The notes under the pieces were generated by a model that saw only the letters and a program-made list of their open reading frames with translations, made no database searches and was not told where the DNA came from. A DNA stretch of 63,546 bases, counting the filler, from Olpidium bornovanus S191 (taxonomy: Eukaryota; Fungi; Olpidiomycota), in NCBI GenBank assembly GCA_017911155.1. It is 32 parts of 32 records of this genome, joined end to end, with 100 filler letters (N's around TTAATTAATTAA, not from the genome) between each part and the next. Parts side by side here need not be neighbours in the genome. Positions count along the whole stretch, not along the records: positions 59,760 to 60,906 come from JAEFCI010004141.1; positions 61,007 to 62,299 come from JAEFCI010007331.1; positions 62,400 to 63,546 come from JAEFCI010003078.1; 29 more parts are not named here. One strand, written 5' to 3'. This document shows, piece after piece, positions 60,649 through 63,546 of this stretch. Numbering within the stretch: the stretch's first letter is position 1; each line of letters opens with the position of its first letter. The position numbers and the translations under genes were made by a program.

Positions 60649-60906
60649 AGAATCCGTTCAGCAGGGGAGACTGCGAAGGTGTTTGAAGTCCCTGTGTTTG
60701 CCCGTGATGCGGATGATCACATGGATCTTGCCAAGAAAGTCGCCGACGAGACGACGATCAAGCTCCACATCCCCCGGCAGTACCACCGTTTGCTCATCGG
60801 CCCGTCGAGACGCTACGTCCTGCGGCTGCAGGAGAAGTACGGTGTATTCGTCCGGTTTCCGAAGGCGAGCAACCGCGAAGCTGGCGACACAGCGGAGCGC
60901 GACGAG
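60649..60906 (+). CDS. SCP160: Vigilin/Scp160-like KH-domain internal exon
   Basis: KLHIPRQYHRLLIGPSRRYVLRLQEKYGVFVRFP matches a late vigilin KH repeat. Confidence 0.6.
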
Positions 60907-61006
60907 NNNNNNNNNNNNNNNNNNNNNNNNNNNNNNNNNNNNNNNNNNNNTTAATTAATTAANNNNNNNNNNNNNNNNNNNNNNNNNNNNNNNNNNNNNN
61001 NNNNNN

Positions 61007-61530
61007 AATCCCAACGCGACCGACACAGTTCCGGTACGCAAGGCGATCGCCGCGGGCTTCTTTCAGAACGCTGCCAGGATAACCAGAGGCGGGGACGCTT
61101 ACCGAACCGTCAAGGGGAGCCACACGGGGTACCTGCACCCGAGCTCGGGCGTCCTGGAGGAGAGGCCAAAGTGGGTCGTGTACTTTGAGCTCGTCTTGAC
61201 AAGCAAGGAGTTCATGCGGCAAGTCATCGCTGTCGAGCCGGAGTGGCTATTGGAAGGTGCGTGTGTGCCTTCTCCTTCTCCTTCTTTTTCCTTTCGTATT
61301 TTCAAGCCGAAAGCAGTTCCGAAAGGGCTCAAATTTTTGTTTCTGTTATTTTTTTTTCACGTTTTCTAACGCCCCGAGGGGTCTTTTCCCGCGTTTAAAA
61401 ACCAGCCGCGCCGCATTTCTACAAGTCTTCGGAGCTGCAGGACGACTCAAAGAAGATGCCGAAGGCGCCAAGCGCCGTCCGTCCGCAGGCGCCGTCGCCG
61501 CTCAATCCGGTTACCTTCGCCTCGCGCTAG
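61007..61530 (+). CDS. PRP2: DEAH-box splicing helicase Prp2/DHX16, C-terminal exons
   Basis: VRKAIAAGFFQNAARITRGGDAYRTVK...HPSSGVLEERPKWVVYFELVLTSKEFMRQV...EWLLE|AAPHFYK...KKMPK. Confidence 0.85.
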
Positions 61531-62207
61531 GGTTCGACCGCGGCCCTTGCGGGATTTTCTGCCAATTCCCGTTTCGCGGTGCAAAAAGAATCCCGCAACC
61601 CTGTTGCAAGGCAAGCTACAGCCGGAGCCGTTGGGGTGCATATCTGTGCCCGCTCCCCCCCCCCTCCCCTCACCCCTCCGCCCCTCGTAAAAAGCTTCTC
61701 CGCTCGCGATCCCGACGGGGAGTTGGGGGGAAGGGGGGTAGGGGGGTAGGGGGGTAGGGTGCGGGACGGGGGGCGGAAGTCACCGTCCGACAAGGCCAGG
61801 CGGCGGCGAACGGAAGTTGGGATTATTTGCCGAACAAGAGCCCCGGGTGACAACTAAAACCCACCCGCAACGGTGTGCCCGGGTGGGTTTTCGAAACGTA
61901 AACGGAGAGATCGGCGTACGGGAGCGGGCGGCCGAGAAGGGGTGCGGAGCTATCCAGGCGGCCGCTAAGGCTGTCCCCTTGATGTTAGATTTTTGCGTTG
62001 CGGCGCGGCGCGTCCGGAGGAGCCCGACCTGTCCGATCCCAGGGCGAGGATGGGCGAGGAGGACAACGTTGCCGTTCAGGGAGGGGTAGATTTTATTGGG
62101 GTTTGGCTGGTGTCCGAGCTTAGAAAAAGGCGGTCTCCTCTCGCCCACTTCCCCCATCTGGGTAACCTCTGGTCCGCCACTCGTCGCCGTAGAGGAATTT
62201 TTATTTC

Positions 62208-62283
<76 letters not shown>

Positions 62284-62399
62284 CCGGGGGGGGGGGGGGN
62301 NNNNNNNNNNNNNNNNNNNNNNNNNNNNNNNNNNNNNNNNNNNTTAATTAATTAANNNNNNNNNNNNNNNNNNNNNNNNNNNNNNNNNNNNNNNNNNNN

Positions 62400-63509
62400 C
62401 AAAATAGCGGGCTTGGCTGCCGTGTTCATTGCGGACCTCGTCCGCGCCGCTCAGATTCCCAACGTCAACGTCGGCGTCGTCCAGACTGCCTATGCTAACG
62501 GTCGCTCGACAAAGTACATGAAGGAAGTTGCGGTGAGTTTCTGCCAGACCTTTTTGTTTTGTCCACCTGCGTCATATGTGCTCATTAAGGCTATCTTTTG
62601 TTTTGCCAGAAAGTGCCGGTCATCTTTACCGAGACTGGTGTAAAGCACTTGCACCATGCCGCGGAGAGCTACGACATAGGCGTATATTTTGAGGCCAACG
62701 GACATGGGACGGTATTGTTCTCCGAGCGAGCCTTGAAGGCGATTCGCTCTGCGACTGGGTACGGTCGGCGCTTCCCGGGATATTTTTTTTTGCCTGTGGT
62801 CGAGCAAGGCTTCCGGTAACCTCCGACAACGCCCCTCTGCCTTGGACGCCCGCCTCGTCTTATTTCACCTGGGGGCAGGTCCGACGATTCTCAGAAAGTT
62901 GCTGTTCGTCAGCTACTCGCCTTGACGAACTTGATCAACCAGGCTGTTGGCGATGCGTTGTCCGATATGCTGCTGGTCGAGACCATTTTGACCTGTCGCC
63001 GATGGACGCCTGCTGATTGGGACAGGGTTTACACCGACTACCCATCGAGGCTGGTCAAGGTTCTCGTCGAGGACCGGACTAAGTTCAAAGTCACCGACGC
63101 GGACCGGGTACTGGTCGAGCCCAAAGGCTTGCAGGAAAAGATTACGGAGGCCGCTCGGAGCGTCGCGGACGGCCGAAGCTTCGTCAGGTGCGTACAGACT
63201 AGTCGCGATGACCCGCGTCTGGAAAAATTTCGGCGCTTGAATTTTCTGCCGGAGAGGCGCTTTCCGGCGCTTCAGGTTCAGCGAAAGTTTGGGACTCGGG
63301 AACTAACATCCCCGATCGGCTTTACACCCCTTTTGGGTTTCGCTCGCGGGGCTCGTGTGCTGTCAAGGCCGTCTGGGACGGAAGACTGCGTCCGCGTTTA
63401 CGCCGAGGCAGCCACCCGAGAGGAGTGCGACAAACTCGCGTACAAAGTCGCGGGCCTCGTGTTTGATCTTGCCGGTGGCAAGGGTTCCCGGCCCAAGGAA
63501 TTCCTGTAG
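62400..63509 (+). CDS. PCM1: Phosphoacetylglucosamine mutase, 3' part, multi-exon
   Basis: [54 protein letters not shown] and RSFVR|[14 protein letters not shown]. Confidence 0.96.
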
Positions 63510-63546
63510 GGCTACGGGAAATCGACGTTGGGCGCCTGCCACATGA

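Overview
This window is not contiguous DNA. It is 32 short contigs (about 1.0-3.4 kb) joined by 31 artificial 100-bp spacers (44 N + TTAATTAATTAA + 44 N, stops in all six frames), so adjacency between contigs carries no biological meaning. The DNA is GC-rich, intron-rich and eukaryotic, with homopolymer-filled introns. The gene set looks fungal: ALG6, VPS54, ACS, YRB1, UMP1, a KH protein (PBP2/HEK2-like), a TRK K+ transporter, PI31, YAP180, MRX11 (FLILHELTA), PMP3, EHD3, SCP160, PRP2, PCM1 and tRNA-Asn. It also includes three cilium-associated genes: a KIF12/kinesin-16-like motor, a PIH1D2-like dynein assembly factor and a CCP1-like tubulin deglutamylase. Together these suggest a zoosporic (flagellated) fungus; this is an inference. 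Accessory contigs hold eroded Ty3/Gypsy and Ty1/Copia fragments, a LINE ORF1-like remnant, a degraded UL9/origin-binding-protein-like SF2 helicase and an intact intronless putative tandem OB-fold gene. The most notable signals are: (1) short, sharply bounded, TpA-saturated AT patches confined to mobile-element contigs, resembling focal RIP-like hypermutation; (2) the OBP-like helicase and the OB-fold gene, candidate parts of poorly described DNA elements; (3) half of the contigs starting exactly with CATG. All family calls are from motif recognition without database searches, and exon limits are approximate.
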